A DNA stretch of 64,000 nucleotides. It comes from Callorhinchus milii (Eukaryota). Below the pieces are notes generated by a model. It saw only the letters and a program-made list of their open reading frames with translations, was not told the origin of the DNA and made no database searches. The DNA lies in the NCBI RefSeq assembly GCF_018977255.1, contig NW_024704742.1, forward strand, positions 50,346,001 to 50,410,000. The letters are read 5' to 3'. This document shows positions 11,261 through 22,714 of the stretch, in pieces (within the stretch, counting starts at the first letter, position 1; each line of letters begins with the position of its first letter). Position numbers and translations under genes: made by a program.

Positions 11261-11718
11261 ACAACAACAACAACATTACATTTATAAAGCGCCTTTCATG
11301 TCGGGAGGATGTCCCAAGGCGCTGGATAGACAGAGTTACGGACTCGAGCAGGGCTCGTGGTGGGGGAGGGTGGAGGGCGGGGAGAAGCAGGAAGATCGAA
11401 AACAGGGTTGAAGAGCAGGGTCTTGAGGTGGGTCTTGAAGATGGCAAGGGAGGGGGTGAGATGGAGGGACTGTGGGATGGAGGTTCCAGAGGGTGGGTGC
11501 AGAGTGGCAGAAGGCCCGCCTGCCAATAGTGGGGCAAGCAAGGTGGGGGACATGAAGCAGGCCGGAGCCCGCTGAGCAGAGGGACAAAACAGGGTGGTAG
11601 GGGTTAGGAGGTCGGAGAGGTAGAGGGGAGCAAGACCGTGGAGGGCATTGAAGGTGAGGATGAGGATCTTGAACTGTATCCTCTGTGTGATGGAAAGCCA
11701 GTGGAGTTGGGCAAGGAC
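11261..11718 (-). mobile_element. L2 LINE 3' end
   Basis: LAQLHWLSITQRIQFKILILTFNALHGLAPLYLSDLL...FKTHLKTLLF; (caa)n tail at 11261. Confidence 0.92.
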
Positions 11719-11751
11719 ATGAATATTGAAGGGAACAATGGTAGGCAGTGT

Positions 11752-11818
11752 ATTCTGGAGGAATGAGATCAGATGGACTGAAGAGCCTTCTTCATCCAGA
11801 CCAATCCAGTGATCTGGT
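11752..11818 (+). mobile_element. CR1 3' tail fragment
   Basis: tctggaggaatgagatcagatggactgaagagccttc..agaccaatc matches the tail at ~23092-23152. Confidence 0.6.
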
Positions 11819-11929
11819 GAACGCATGCCCAAAACCTAATAAAATGTTTCCTGAACACTCTGTGTTGCAGGCTTCGGAAGTTCCTTCCCCTTGTATGGTT
11901 GTTAGGTGCTATTATCTTGGTGAGCTCTC

Positions 11930-12160
11930 TAGATACCCTGAAAAAGGCCCCGTCACATTGTCTGTATCACTTCCTACTGTGGGACAGTTCTAGAAAATGT
12001 GTGCATCTCCCTCAGACATTGCTGTGGCGCAATGGCTGCCATATTCTGTCTACTAAATACACAGTCAATCCACTTTACAATATATTTTGTGAAGTGCTTT
12101 GACAGGTCTTTTCGATGTGCTAACACGCTATATCAAATGCAAGGATTATTATTATTAATA
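11930..12160 (+). mobile_element. Deu-type SINE 3' fragment
   Basis: gacattgctgtggcgcaatggctgcc...atcaaatgcaaggattattatt. Confidence 0.65.
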
Positions 12161-12252
12161 TGAGCTCTTCTGAACCAGCCCAAATTTTTCTGGTGGATGG
12201 CATTAAGTGTTCTGAGACGCCGCCCGGAATGAAGGACGTTATATAAATGCAA

Positions 12253-13066
12253 AACAAAAACAGAAGTCGCTGGGAACACTCAGCAGGTCAGGCAGTATCT
12301 ATGGAGAAAAGAAAGTGAGTAAACGTTTCAGGTCCACGACCCTTCGTCAGAACTGGGGCATGTTGGGAGGGAGAGGCTTTTAAGGGCTAACAGAGAAGGT
12401 GAGGCAGGGCAAGGAAGACAAAGGAGAAAATGGGGTAGAGGACAGGGGATTCTGGGTTAAAGAGATGTTAATGATGCAAAATAAAGGGGGGATTGCAACA
12501 AAGCAGGGGATTAGAGGTGTTAATACTGCAGAACAAAGTGGTGGGGGGGGGGCGGAATTGCAACAAAACAGGCAGACCAGAGAGATAAAAGGTGTGTCTG
12601 GGACCCAGATGATATGGTAATGGTCACAAAAGAGGGGGAGGGGCAAGGTAAGCTGTTATGGTCTGAAATTATTAAAATCAATATTGAGGCCAGGTCCCTA
12701 GCAGATAGATGAGGTGCTGTTCCTCGAGCTTGCACTGCGGCTCATTGGAACAATGTAGGAGACCGTGGAATGGGAGATCAGAGTGCGACTGGGAGGGAGA
12801 GTTGAAGCGGCAAGAGACCGGAAGCTCAGGGTTGTGCTTACGGACAGAAAGGAGGTGTTCGGCAAATCGGTCACCCAATCTGGGTTTCGTCTTCCCAATG
12901 TAGAGGAGATCACATCGTGAGCAGCGAATGCAGTAAACTACATTGGTGGTCGTACACGTAAATCACTGTCTCACTTGAAATCTGTGTTTGGGGTCCTGGA
13001 CTGTGGTATGGGAGGAGGTGAAAGAGCAGGTATTGCATCTCCTGTGGTGGCATGGGGAAACCTCCC
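12253..13066 (-). mobile_element. Penelope-like retroelement 3' part (GIY-YIG endonuclease C-terminus plus terminal-repeat region)
   Basis: Minus strand translates to FTCTTTNVVYCIRCSRCDLLYIGKTKPRLGDRFAEH..., followed by the terminal sequence ...ctgcctgacctgctgagtgttcccagc and a hammerhead motif. Confidence 0.9.
12318..12355 (-). ncRNA. Minimal type I hammerhead ribozyme motif within the Penelope-like element
   Basis: Minus strand: cagtt CTGACGA AGGGTC-GTG-GACCT GAAA CGTT tact. Shows the core boxes, stem II, a palindromic AACGTT stem III and a short stem I. Confidence 0.7.
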
Positions 13067-13584
13067 TATATATGAATGTAAGTTGTTGTTGTTGTACCTC
13101 TTTCAACATTTTTCTACTGGAATATTGACCCAGAAATGTTTACTCTGATAGTTGTGTTTTGCTTCCAGGCAAACTTTAAGCTTTCCTGATTTATATTTTA
13201 ATATTTTTGACAATCTTGTCAGCTGGAAATAGTTTCGAGCATTTGATAAGGCCACCATTTTTCAGGTATTTTGAAAATTTGTTGGGAAACGGCAAGCTTT
13301 CATCAGCCATGTTGAAAGCCCAGCAAGTCATTTAAAATGAGTAAACATATGGAGTCATTGAGCAGATTGCAGCCAGGTCAGTAGATGGAGTATGTTTGGC
13401 TTTAATGTTCCTTGTATAAGTAGGCGGTGGAATCAACTAGGTTCCCATTTTTGATCATTATCTAATAACCTCTGACTTCTGGAGAAAAGGTAAAAATGAA
13501 ATATTTAGTTAAAAAATAATAACCAGTAGCACAATATGTATCCAATGTTATTTTCTTGCCCATATGTTTTGCTCTTCCAATTTT

Positions 13585-13795
13585 GGTCTGTTGCTGGTTC
13601 CTCATTCCCTCTATCCCACCACTGGAGACCACACCTTAAGCCATTACATCCCTGCTCTCTGGACCTCCCTTCCAAGATCTTTTTGCCTTGTTTTGTCCCC
13701 TCCTATCTTCAAAACCCTCCTAAAATATATCTATTCAGCTATGAGTTTGGTTTATGTCCTTAATTTGTTAACACTTTGAGATGTTAATCCTTCAT
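13585..13795 (+). mobile_element. Old degraded L2 3' end
   Basis: tcccaccactggagaccacaccttaagccatt...cttcaaaaccctcctaaaa..., similar to the younger L2 copies. Confidence 0.55.
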
Positions 13796-15759
13796 GAAAA
13801 ATAATAATAATTCTTGCATTTGATATACTTTATCACGTCATCGAAACATCTCAAAGCGACTGTAAGCAGGCAAATGTAGCAGTCAATTTGAGCAAAGCCA
13901 ATTTGCGCACAACAGTGTTCCACAAACAGTTATATAAGTACAGGTTGTCATGTCTTTTACTCCGCTCTTGCTACCTAATATTATTTTCAGTGATAGTTCA
14001 AACATGAGAAACAGAATAGGGCAAAATCTCTGCTTCTCAGTGATCATATAATTTTGAATATATTAAGATTGGTAGCACAGTAACAGGTTAGTTTAGTGTT
14101 TAGTTTTTCTCACCACTGAGAACTGGACAGAAATCCACCCAGGTAATGAGTCTTCTATCTCTAACAGTCTAATAGTCTTAAGGTTCCTTATGAAATGTGT
14201 ATGGATAATTTCTACTTAATTTCTAAAGGCACACATTTGCCATAAATTGATATCCTCATTTGTATAGATCATCAAGCCATCTGGTATTGAAATGTAAAAC
14301 TTTCTAACAAATTATATCCATTAGATTATTAGGAATGGTGAAATAACTGTAACACTCAGATTACATTTATATACTGTACTGACAATGCATCACTCTTGTG
14401 ATACACACATAAGGAATACTTATTTCATAAGGAACTCTTAAGACTCTTAGAACTCGTAAGACTCTTATGGTGTGTGATAGTATTCACTATTGTCTTTCAG
14501 CACATAAAACATTTCCACACATCAGGTACAATATTCCAGTATTCCTAAACTAATGCCAGTCCATATTTAAGAAATGTTAATAAAATGTGATTTGAAATAT
14601 GCCCTCTGCTAACTTCTGAATAACTGTTAGCACCCAAACCTAATCGCAAAACACTTCTTGGATTCCCAGTTAGTGAGGATTACTTTTGAATGTCGAAAAT
14701 AGCTATTCTCTATTTTTTCAGAGAATACTGGCCTAACTCAATAACTCAGTCTGAGTTAGACTAGCATTCACAAGTAATGAACTGGGATATTGGCAATAGC
14801 GAAAATTGCCACAATTCGATAATATTACTGGTGATAATTATTCAATTGAATGTAGGTTTTCTCACTGTTGAGATTTTAATATTTATGCAGAAACATTAGA
14901 TAATTTTTATGTTGTTTATTCAACTCCCAAACATAGAATTATATGTTATTTGTTATAATACCTGGACAGGATATTAGAAAAGACATTTGATGTCATCTCT
15001 ACCCTTCATCCTCTCACTCTCCATCATGAACTTTCTTGGTTCTGGAACACTCTTCTTCTATCCATCTGCCTTGCCCCCTTCTTCCCCTTCACCCTGCTTA
15101 CAGTCACCTTCCCTCTCCCCCTGGCTCAGCGTCACGCTCCACCACTGTCAAGAGCTCTGGGACGCAACCCTGCATGAGAGACGCTATATGAATGCAAAAT
15201 GTTGTTGTTATTGTCTATATATCTTGACAGGATCTGTTGATATTATTGGAAAATCACTGGTGTTAATAATCTGTCAAATGCATTTTTTTAAATAATACTT
15301 ATTTCAAAATAAAATTAACTGAAAAATACTTTACCTGCTTCTGTGCCAAGACTAACATTTGCAGCGTGGGCGGACTGAGGGAACAGCGAATGCACACTCC
15401 TGCCCACCAGCAGCCTGACCCTGCTTCTCAGGCAGTGTGTGGTGCAGTGACAAAAGCAATCAGCTCATTGTCTGTCTGAGGGATATGGGTTTAGGGACAA
15501 AAAAAACTAAGTTGAAAGATCAATTTCTTAACTTAAAAGACAAAACTGAAAATCTATGTGCTGGCATAATTATGTTCCAAGAAAATAATAGCAGCACTCA
15601 TATGAAGAACAAGAATGCATTAAAATTAAATGTAAATGATTTATTTCAGCCCCTTTTGAACAAGTGAAACTCTGGCAGATACTCTCAGTCTCATTAATGA
15701 TCTGCATATAGTGAAACCAGATTATGAGCTCCCCTGACAGTCTGGTGGGCAAATGCCCT

Positions 15760-16330
15760 GTTTGATGTAAGACATATCAATTGTGAAGAAGAGATCAGAA
15801 AATTGCATAGGGACTGAGACAGATTAAGCGACTTGGCAGAATTATGGCAGAGTTATGGCACATAGATGATGTGTGTTCGTACACTTTGGTCTTAGGCAGA
15901 GCGAAACCTTGGGCAAGTTTCCTTACTCCACACAGAGCCTAATAATAATCCCTCCAAAAAACCAAAAACAATAATAAATTGGTCATTTTCAATCTACGAC
16001 TGTTTGTGGGACACTGCTGTGCGCAATTGGCTGCCGCGTTCGCCCACAAAAATATACAGTCAATTCACTTTACAGTGTGTTCTGTGAAGCGCTTTGGGAC
16101 GTCCTCCCGACGTGAAAAATGCTATATCAAATGCAAGGATTATTGTTATTATTATTAGGAAAAGCAGATGGGAACACATTGTAACTGGAGAATCATTAGC
16201 TGGTGAACAAAGGTGAACAAAGATGTTTAGGTGCAAGTTTTTAAGTCACTAAAATCAGTTCCCAGGGGTTAAAAACAATTACCAAGATTAATGGGATGCT
16301 GGGGTTTCTTTTCAGTATGGAGTACAAACT
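15760..16330 (+). mobile_element. Degraded CR1 RT C-terminal fragment interrupted by a SINE (~15893-16157)
   Basis: Decayed motifs (DRLSDLAELWQ..HFG) before the SINE, and (EQRCLG..SLK..NGMLGF..EYK) after it. Confidence 0.55.
15893..16157 (+). mobile_element. Composite tRNA-SINE, short subfamily, 5'-truncated
   Basis: Nearly identical to ~45511-45770; ends with atcaaatgcaaggattatt... Confidence 0.85.
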
Positions 16331-16384
16331 CTCTCTCCAAAGGGACATACCTTGTCTACATCATCCTGGAGAGTTATACTACTA

Positions 16385-16730
16385 CTACTACTAATAATAA
16401 TAATCCTTTCATTTGATATATCACCTATCATGTCAGGAGGACATCTCAAAGTGCTTCACAGGATTCATGATTTATATGTTGCACACCCAATTTGCACACA
16501 ACAATGTCCCACAAACAGTCATGGAGTGAATGACCAATTTTATCTGTGGGATTGCTGGCCAGGACACCAGGAGAAATTCCCTTTTCTTTTTGAATAGTAC
16601 CATAAGACCTTTAACATCCACTGGAACAGGCAGACAGGACCTTGGTTAAATGCTTGATCCGAAGGATGGCACCTCCAGCAATATAGCACACCTCCAGCAC
16701 TGCAATTGAAGTGTCAGCCTAGACTATATG
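16385..16730 (-). mobile_element. Deu-domain SINE
   Basis: aatgtcccacaaacag..., caggcagacaggaccttggttaaatg..atccgaaggatggcacctcc. Confidence 0.75.
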
Positions 16731-17689
16731 AATGCAAAATCTTTTCATACTTCAATTATTCTTTGTTTTTCTTCTCTGTATTAATTTCACTTGATTATCG
16801 TTGCATGTTAAATTTAATGATTTGGTTCCATGTGCTTCTAGGGTCAATGCCTTGTTATGATTGTGCATTGTATCTTAGGGACATGCGATAAATATGTGGA
16901 TAGAAACATTCCACTCAAAATTAGTTCCACCCATTCTTTCTGCCAGGACCATGTTAGAATTGAATCCCGTATGAGGTTTTGTTTATGGCCTATTTGCACA
17001 TACTGATATGTTTTGCATTTAAATCAAATGATTAATATACCACTAAAGGTTATTCCAAACATAGATAAATTTGTACCCTTGAGAACTACATAGTCAAAAA
17101 GAACCATATTGTGATGATTTAACTCTCCCAAGTCACAGACATGCAGTCACTATCATATTGTACTCTATGGATACTTCATTCTGCATCAATAGGAATTCTC
17201 TAATCTATTCCCTCTTCCCCAACACTCTATGGCAATCAGTGATGCTTCTCACTCAGTTCAATGTTAGAAACTTAAAAAAGAATCAACAACACAACTAGGA
17301 GATAGAAGCTGAAAATAATACAGTAGCGAAGATAACATGTGTGAAATTGCTAGCCATTCAGTCTAAATGAGAAACATGGACAAGATTGCAAGCTGTGCAA
17401 TTTAAATGACACCACAAAATGCAGACAGATGACTGAGCAGAGACTACCTAATAGATTGAACTCAAGTTTTTGCAGGCTGCAGTGGTATCAATTCCCTCTG
17501 AGGTACTCACGTGGGTGCAGCCTAGGGGAAAAATATGTCCTGGTGAATCAAGGAGAAGGAAATGCAGGCACATTCATGGAAAATGTTCAATCTTTGAATT
17601 TATAAATACTTTCCAAAGAAATATTTGTCTTCAATCAGGATGTTAGTTGAATAAACATTTTTCTAAAGTCAATTTTTTTTAGATTTTAT

Positions 17690-18626
17690 TTCTCCAATAT
17701 TCACCTAATTCCTCCTGAAGACACTGATATGTGTTGCAGTATGGATTCATGGCCCCAGGCATCTTCCAATAACTTGCCTTAGTTTCAATTCTTCATGTGT
17801 GATTCTAAGCTGTGAGTATCAACAACAACAACAAAATGACATTTGTAAAGCGCCTTTCACGTCGGAAGAACGTCCCAAGGTGCTGGACAGTCAGTGTTTC
17901 AGACCCGAGCTGGGGGTCGGGATTGGAGAAGGTGAAGGGCAGGAGGGGGAAGCAGGGTGATCGAAAGCACGGTCGAAGAGGAGGGTCTTGAGATGGGTCT
18001 TGAAGGAGGCAAGGGAAGGGGCGAGGCGGAAGGGCGGTGGGATGGAGTTCCAGAGGGTGTGGACAGAGTGGTAGAAGGCCTGCATACTAATGGTGGGGCA
18101 GGCGAGGCGAGGGACATGAAGCAGGCTGGAGCCCGCTGAGCAGACAGAGTGGCAAGATGGTAGGGGGTTAGGAGATCGCAAAGGTAGGGGGACAAGGCCA
18201 TGAAGGGCATTGAAGGTGAGGACCAAGATCTTGAACTGTATCCTCTGTGTGATGAGAAGCCAGTGGAGTCAGGCGAGGATGGGGTAACAGGGTCACAGAG
18301 CCTAGTGTGGGAGAAGACACAGGCTGCAGAGTTCTGGATGATCTGCAGTCTATGAGGCAAGCTAAGTAACAATAGAGATGGGGGGGGGGGACGGGGGCAT
18401 TGCAACCAGATCTTTTTCTGTCATGGATAATGCTCATTCCCAGGTATTTTCCAAAAGAATCATTAGATAGCAATTAGGATTGTAAACCCTTGCTGCTTTA
18501 TTATTCTATAATCTAGGTTGATGCCTAGTGCCTCTAGCATTGCTAACTCAGCACAGATTTAGTACCTTTCTAGCCTGCGAGTCTACACAACTCGCAAGTT
18601 TTATCAACTGAACCAATGGGGGAGCT
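17690..18626 (-). mobile_element. LF-SINE-like element (parts ~18393-18626 and ~17690-17822) split by an L2 insertion
   Basis: Minus strand contains tctgtgctgagttagc, cctaattgctatctaatga, cacacatgaagaat and cttcaggagga in the order recalled for the LF-SINE consensus. Confidence 0.65.
17820..18370 (-). mobile_element. L2 LINE 3' end
   Basis: HRLQIIQNSAACVFSHTRL..., LTFNALHGL..., FKTHLKTLLFDRAF; (caa)n tail. Confidence 0.92.
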
Positions 18627-19747
18627 TGGTGTAGCTACTTTAGTTGTTCATTAAGAAGTTCAGTCTTGGAAAGAAGGAAGGGAAATTAATTTGGGCTATC
18701 TATCCTTTAAAATGCAAATTACCCTCAACATCCAGCTAGGAAAAGTAAATTATTTTAAAAGCTGCTACCCCAATGGGGATGTTAATATTTTGAATGCTGT
18801 CTGTCTCGCAGTGTCCTGCTGAGAGTTTCTTACCACTTGCCAAGGTTTTGCACTTCTGAGCATTCTCAGTCACCATTGCACCATTGCAGAGCTAACTGAT
18901 ATCTTGTGTCACTGAAAACTTTAAGACTCATATTAGCAGGTTTCTAAGAAACTGTGAGAATAATGTTAACAATATTACTCCTCATTCAGCTACCTAAATC
19001 TCAGATGTAAATTTAAGTGAAATTACTCTCCTCCATATATGTCTTGTGTAAAGTCAGAAAGGTGATGTTTTAGGGAGGGAAATTCCATTGCTCAGTTTCT
19101 GAAAGAGCTAGGAATAATGTTCACCACTAAAAGTGGGACAATAACATGACACAGTAATATATTTATATCCTTACATCATGTTATTGAGGAGGTAACTACA
19201 TTAGCAAGGCTCATCGAAAAGATGCATTGGACTTGGATCTTCAGAAAAGATATGGTACAGTTTCACATCTGAGATGGAATGGAATTAATGACAGGTTAGC
19301 TAGCTGCTTGAAATGGACTTAACATTGGGCAGTCGAAAGTAATGGTGATACATTTTCAAAGCTCTATTTTGAGGATCCAGGGCTGAGTGACACACCACGC
19401 AATGTAGTATAACAGCAATTTCAAATGCAGACACTGAGGAATTCTTCCTGAGGTGGTTTAGAAATCAAATCAATGTGCACTGTGCACGACTGTAATATAA
19501 CTGTGTGACATACATATTGGATCTTCATTGTCATCATGACATCACAAGTTTCTTTCATAAAATAGTTTAAACCTCCAAAAATAAAATCCAAATCAATTAG
19601 CGATTCAACTTTTATTCAACCGTGTAATATGACTGAATAAAGGATTGTAAAGTGTGATTACAATATTATGTCACATTGCCTCCAGGAGCATAACTGGAGG
19701 TATGGTTACAAATTGAAATAGATTATTTTAACTCACAAGGGAGCGAA

Positions 19748-19870
19748 ATAATAATAATAATAATAATACTTGCATTTGATATAGCGCCTTATCACTTTTT
19801 CAAGACGTCTCAAAGTGCTTCACAGAATATACTGTAAAGTGAATTGACTGTATATTTTGTGGGCAAAAGT
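19748..19870 (-). mobile_element. Composite SINE 3' tail
   Basis: (aat)n acttgcatttgatatagcgccttatcac...cacagaatatactgtaaagtgaattgactgtat. Confidence 0.8.
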
Positions 19871-20029
19871 GACCAAATTATTATTCTATCACAGATTAAA
19901 ATAATCACAGATTAAAAACTGAAGATATAAAACTTGATGAAATTTGATTCCCAAACACTTAAAGGTAATTGAATGAAAACACCAGGGTAGCTGTACTGAC
20001 ATCACAGTGCAGTCGAGCTGTGGCAACAG

Positions 20030-20270
20030 ATAGTGATGTGGGGAGTAAATAGGTCGGAGAGATAGGGAGGTGCCAGGGCATGAAGGCATTTGAAGCCGAG
20101 TGTGAGGGTCTTGAAATCGATCCGTTCTGTGAGAGAGAGCCAGTGGAGCCTGGCTAGAACTGGTGTGATGGTGGTACAGAGTTTAGTATGGTTGAGTATA
20201 TGAGCGGAGGATTCTAGATTAACTGTATTTTGTGGATAGTGAAACTAGGGAGACCAGCAAGGAGGACATT
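20030..20270 (-). mobile_element. Old L2 ORF2 fragment
   Basis: gagccagtggag (LHWL), ttgaaatcgatccg (RIDFK) and gggcatgaaggc motifs. Confidence 0.6.
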
Positions 20271-21169
20271 ACAGTCCTAGGTGCTGGTCCATCAAATGTG
20301 TACATAGACTCCCATGGTGAGGAGTGGGTGTGCATTAGAAGTGTGCCATTCATCCCTGTTCAGTGACACATTGAAGCTAATCCAGTTCCTTGTCATGCAT
20401 CATTGTTATTCCAACTCACCATGTTTCAAGTGGATGAACATGACTTCTTTGCTTCTTTATGGAAGGTCACCAGAGAGTGAGGTACATTGCCATAAACATT
20501 CTGGACTGTAATTACGAGTATTTTAACAGTACTGGATAGTTGTCATTCAAAATAGACCATTATAACCATACTGAATAACTCAGCATATCATGCACTTGGT
20601 TTGCCACTAGTTAAAGCTTCTAAGAAGATGACCAAGAAAGAAGATGATCTTAGGTACCCAGGAAAAAGATGATACCAAAATACAACAACAAACAACATTT
20701 ATATAGCACCTTTCATGTCGGAAGGATGCCCCAAGGTGCTGGAGGTTACCTTCAGTGACAGACTGAAGGTAATTCAGTTTCTTGTCTTGCATCATTGTTA
20801 TTCCATCTCACTAAAACACAGTAATTGATGTAATCTTGGTTTGGAATGAAAAGTGTTATCTCATCCATTAGTCACTATAAACCATTCGAGCAATGTGCTG
20901 TTTCCTATAGAATACAGTAGACGTGCTGAGCTCACTTATGCCCAGTAATTGTAACTTGAGCGATTTAACAAAATGCCTGTTCCATGACTCTCTTGTTGGT
21001 GATCAAATACTCCACAGAACACTGTGACTCCAGGCTTACTGGGGCCATGAGAGCTACTTAGCACTAATATATAGGATTAAATAGTGGACTGTTGTGGACT
21101 GTAATATTAAACTGTTCTCCCAAAGCTTTCAATCAATTACTTTTGAATCTTCGATAGTAAATGTCAGCC

Positions 21170-21368
21170 TACCTTAATTGGTAGCACTCTCGTCTCTGAG
21201 TCAGAAAATTATGGGTTCAAGTCCCACTACAGGATTTGCAGCTCACAGTCTAGGCTGAAACTTCATTGCAGAGCTGGGGAGCACTGAATTGTCAGAGGTG
21301 CTGTCTTTCGGATGAGGTGTTAAATGGAGGTCCCCTCTGCCAGTTCGGATGGACGTTAAAAATGTCAT
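21170..21368 (+). mobile_element. Deu-domain SINE 5' half (tRNA-like head)
   Basis: ttggtagcactctcgtctctgagtcaga...gggttcaagtcccact (B box)...ctgtctttcggatgagg. Confidence 0.8.
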
Positions 21369-21590
21369 CCAGGACACCGGAATAAACTCCAAACTCTTTT
21401 TGAATAATGCCCTGGTTCTTTAACATTCACCTGAACAGACAGATGGGATCTTCGGTTTAATGTGGCATCTGAAGAACAGCACGTCCAGCACTGCAGTTGT
21501 CCCCAGCATTGCATTTGAGTGTCCACCTCGATAGTGAGCTGGAAGTCCTGACATGGTGAGATTTCTAGCAACTCAGCCAAACTGGCACCA
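21369..21590 (-). mobile_element. Deu-domain SINE fragment, inverted and abutting the previous copy
   Basis: ctttaacattcacctgaacagacagatggg..cggtttaatgtggcatctgaaga.cagcac is the reverse complement of the Deu core. Confidence 0.75.
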
Positions 21591-21784
21591 AAAGGGACAG
21601 TTTAGGAATCATGCAGAAATTCTGAAGAGATTTATCTACCTAGAATTTAACACATTATTTTTGTTTTTCCTCATTTCACATTTTTATTATAATTCTGTTC
21701 ATTGAAAGTGAACAGCTGTGCCGTTATATGCTTATATGCAGTTAGCTATAACAATCATCAATAATTCTGGAAAGAATAATAAAT

Positions 21785-22015
21785 GACGATCCTTACATTT
21801 GATATACTGCTTTTCATATTGGGATGAGGTCTCAAAGTGCTTCATAGGATATATTGTAAAGCATAATGACTGCATTTGGTAGGCGAATGCGCCACCAATT
21901 TGCACACAGCAATATCGCACAAACAGCATGAAGTGACCGACCGGAATTGTTGACAAGGGCACCAGGGAGAAACTCTCTACTCTTTTTGAATAGTGCCATG
22001 GAATTATTTATGTAT
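21785..22015 (-). mobile_element. Deu-domain SINE 3' part
   Basis: atccttacatttgatat..., ccaatttgcacacagcaat..., gaatagtgccatgg. Confidence 0.7.
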
Positions 22016-22274
22016 CATATTTACCAAAAGCATATTTCTGATAAAAAATCACCCATAATTGTCCCACATTATACATAATGCTTGTTTGCTTCCTAGCAAG
22101 TATCAATGACCATAACAATTTTCTCACTGAGGTTTTACAAATTGCTGCAAGCTTCCTTTAATGCTTCTTAGACTAATTGTTTTCCTTTTCTACACTGCAG
22201 TCAACACAGATAAAGCATAACCTTTCAGTCAAGGTATGAGTGATGCTAAGAGGCAAAGAAAGGTAAAACATCAT

Positions 22275-22560
22275 TAGAATAGAACTATAGAAATGTAAAG
22301 CTCAGAAGAAGGCTATTCAGTCCATTGGGTTTGTCCTTGTTCTTTGAAGGAGCAATCCATTCAGTCCAATCAAGTTTTTTCCCCATACCCCTGCAGACTA
22401 TTCATATTTAAATGTCTATCTAGATCCCACTGGAAGGACAATTTAGATCCTACCTTGACCAGGGCATTCCACTCTATGTTAAAAATATTCATCCTATTCA
22501 TCCCCTTTGTTTCCTTCCTAACTATTATATAAATTCATACCCTCAAATTATTGGACTCAC
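22275..22560 (-). mobile_element. Degraded CR1/HER-type LINE 3' end
   Basis: atagaactatagaaatg..cagaagaaggctattcagtccat..ccccataccc. Confidence 0.55.
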
Positions 22561-22714
22561 TGAATGATTACTGTTGATGTATTTCTGGGATTTGTTTATA
22601 TTGTTCAAAGGGATTAATCAGAAAGGCCATAGCAAAGACTTTTGGAAGACTTTGTACAAAAACATTTCTACATCTAGGGCCAGAGTCTGACCTTACGACA
22701 ACGTAAAGGAGCTT

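Noticed and set aside
6054..14468. Short tandem duplications (6054-6095, ~14432-14468)
   Set aside because: Ordinary slippage duplications with no further structure.
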